Shown here: piece after piece, positions 63,536-64,000 of the stretch
Position numbering within the stretch: the first letter of the stretch is position 1
Layout: every line of letters starts with the position of its first letter
Program-made: the position numbers and the translations under genes
DNA from: an uncultured Gammaproteobacteria bacterium
Lineage (GTDB): Bacteria > Pseudomonadota > Gammaproteobacteria > Steroidobacterales > Rariloculaceae
Length of the DNA: 64,000 bases
Reading direction: 5' to 3'
Assembly (NCBI GenBank): GCA_964466315.1
Contig: CAYXNS010000005.1
Coordinates: 17,498 to 81,497 of the forward strand
The notes under the pieces: model-generated
Databases searched by the model: none
What the model was told of the DNA's origin: nothing
What the model saw: only the letters and a program-made list of their open reading frames with translations

Positions 63536-64000
63536 AATCCAACCGTTCGGCCATTATCTGCGAATTTAGCAGCCGTCGTACTCGTACTCGTTTTCAGTAC
63601 TCAGAGCTTTGCACAGGAATCCGCCGAGGCCGGGCAGGCCAAGGCGGCATCGTGCGCCGCCTGCCATGGCGCCGACGGCAACAGCGTCACGCCCGAGTGG
63701 CCAAGCCTCGCGGGACAGCATGCCGATTACACCGTCCGGCAGCTCGAAGCCTATCAGAGTGGCGAGCGCGAAGATGTCCTGATGACGGCCTTCGCGAGCC
63801 CATTGTCCGCCGAGGACATGGACGACCTGGCCGCCTATTTCGCGACACTGCCGGCCGTTCAGCGCGGCGCCGATCCCGGGCTCGTCGAGCTCGGTGAACG
63901 TATTTACCGAAGCGGTCTCCCGGACCGCGGCATTGCCGCATGTATCGCCTGCCACGGTCCTGCCGGAGGCGGCAATCCGCTCGCGGCCTATCCGATCGTC
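63536..64000 (+). CDS. diheme cytochrome c4 (3' partial; start codon uncertain)
   Basis: My own translation: ...LSANLAAVVLVLVFSTQSFAQESAEAGQAKAASCAACHGADGNS...GIAACIACHGPAGGG. It has two CxxCH motifs and runs off the window end. There is no ATG/GTG/TTG between the upstream in-frame TAG (63530-63532) and the signal peptide. Confidence 0.75.

Overview
High-GC (roughly 60%) chromosomal segment whose gene content and synteny look gammaproteobacterial: polA / intergenic gap / engB / cytochrome c4, pspF-pspABC, exeA-gspB, yadGH, and a Xanthomonas-type arg cluster. I can support about 65 protein-coding genes, most of them housekeeping: msrPQ, dacB, pyrC, pip, an M16 peptidase, a GldG-type ABC operon, gshA, mdh, fadE, polA and an 8-gene arginine operon. 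I see no rRNA, tRNA, CRISPR, IS/transposase, integrase or recognisable defence/toxin genes, so this is mostly ordinary core genome. The candidates for something undescribed are: (1) an unrecognised 357-aa P-loop protein translationally coupled between argG and argC, in an arg operon that lacks argA/argJ and argE; (2) an orphan, divergently transcribed FlhD-like/FlhC-like regulator pair, in which the FlhD-like protein looks like an internal tandem duplication; (3) a Spot42/ErsA-positioned sRNA candidate between polA and engB, with a sigmaE-like promoter and a strong terminator; (4) a recurring about 20-nt palindromic motif immediately 3' of unrelated genes; (5) tandem paralogous exported proteins of unknown function; (6) a REC-TM-OmpA-like response regulator next to a bactofilin and a GGDEF/EAL gene. 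There are also several gene remnants or frameshifts (OppA-like, sulfotransferase, VOC, SRPBCC) and two conserved genes with no canonical start codon. All functional calls come from reading the translations and remembered family motifs. No database search was run.
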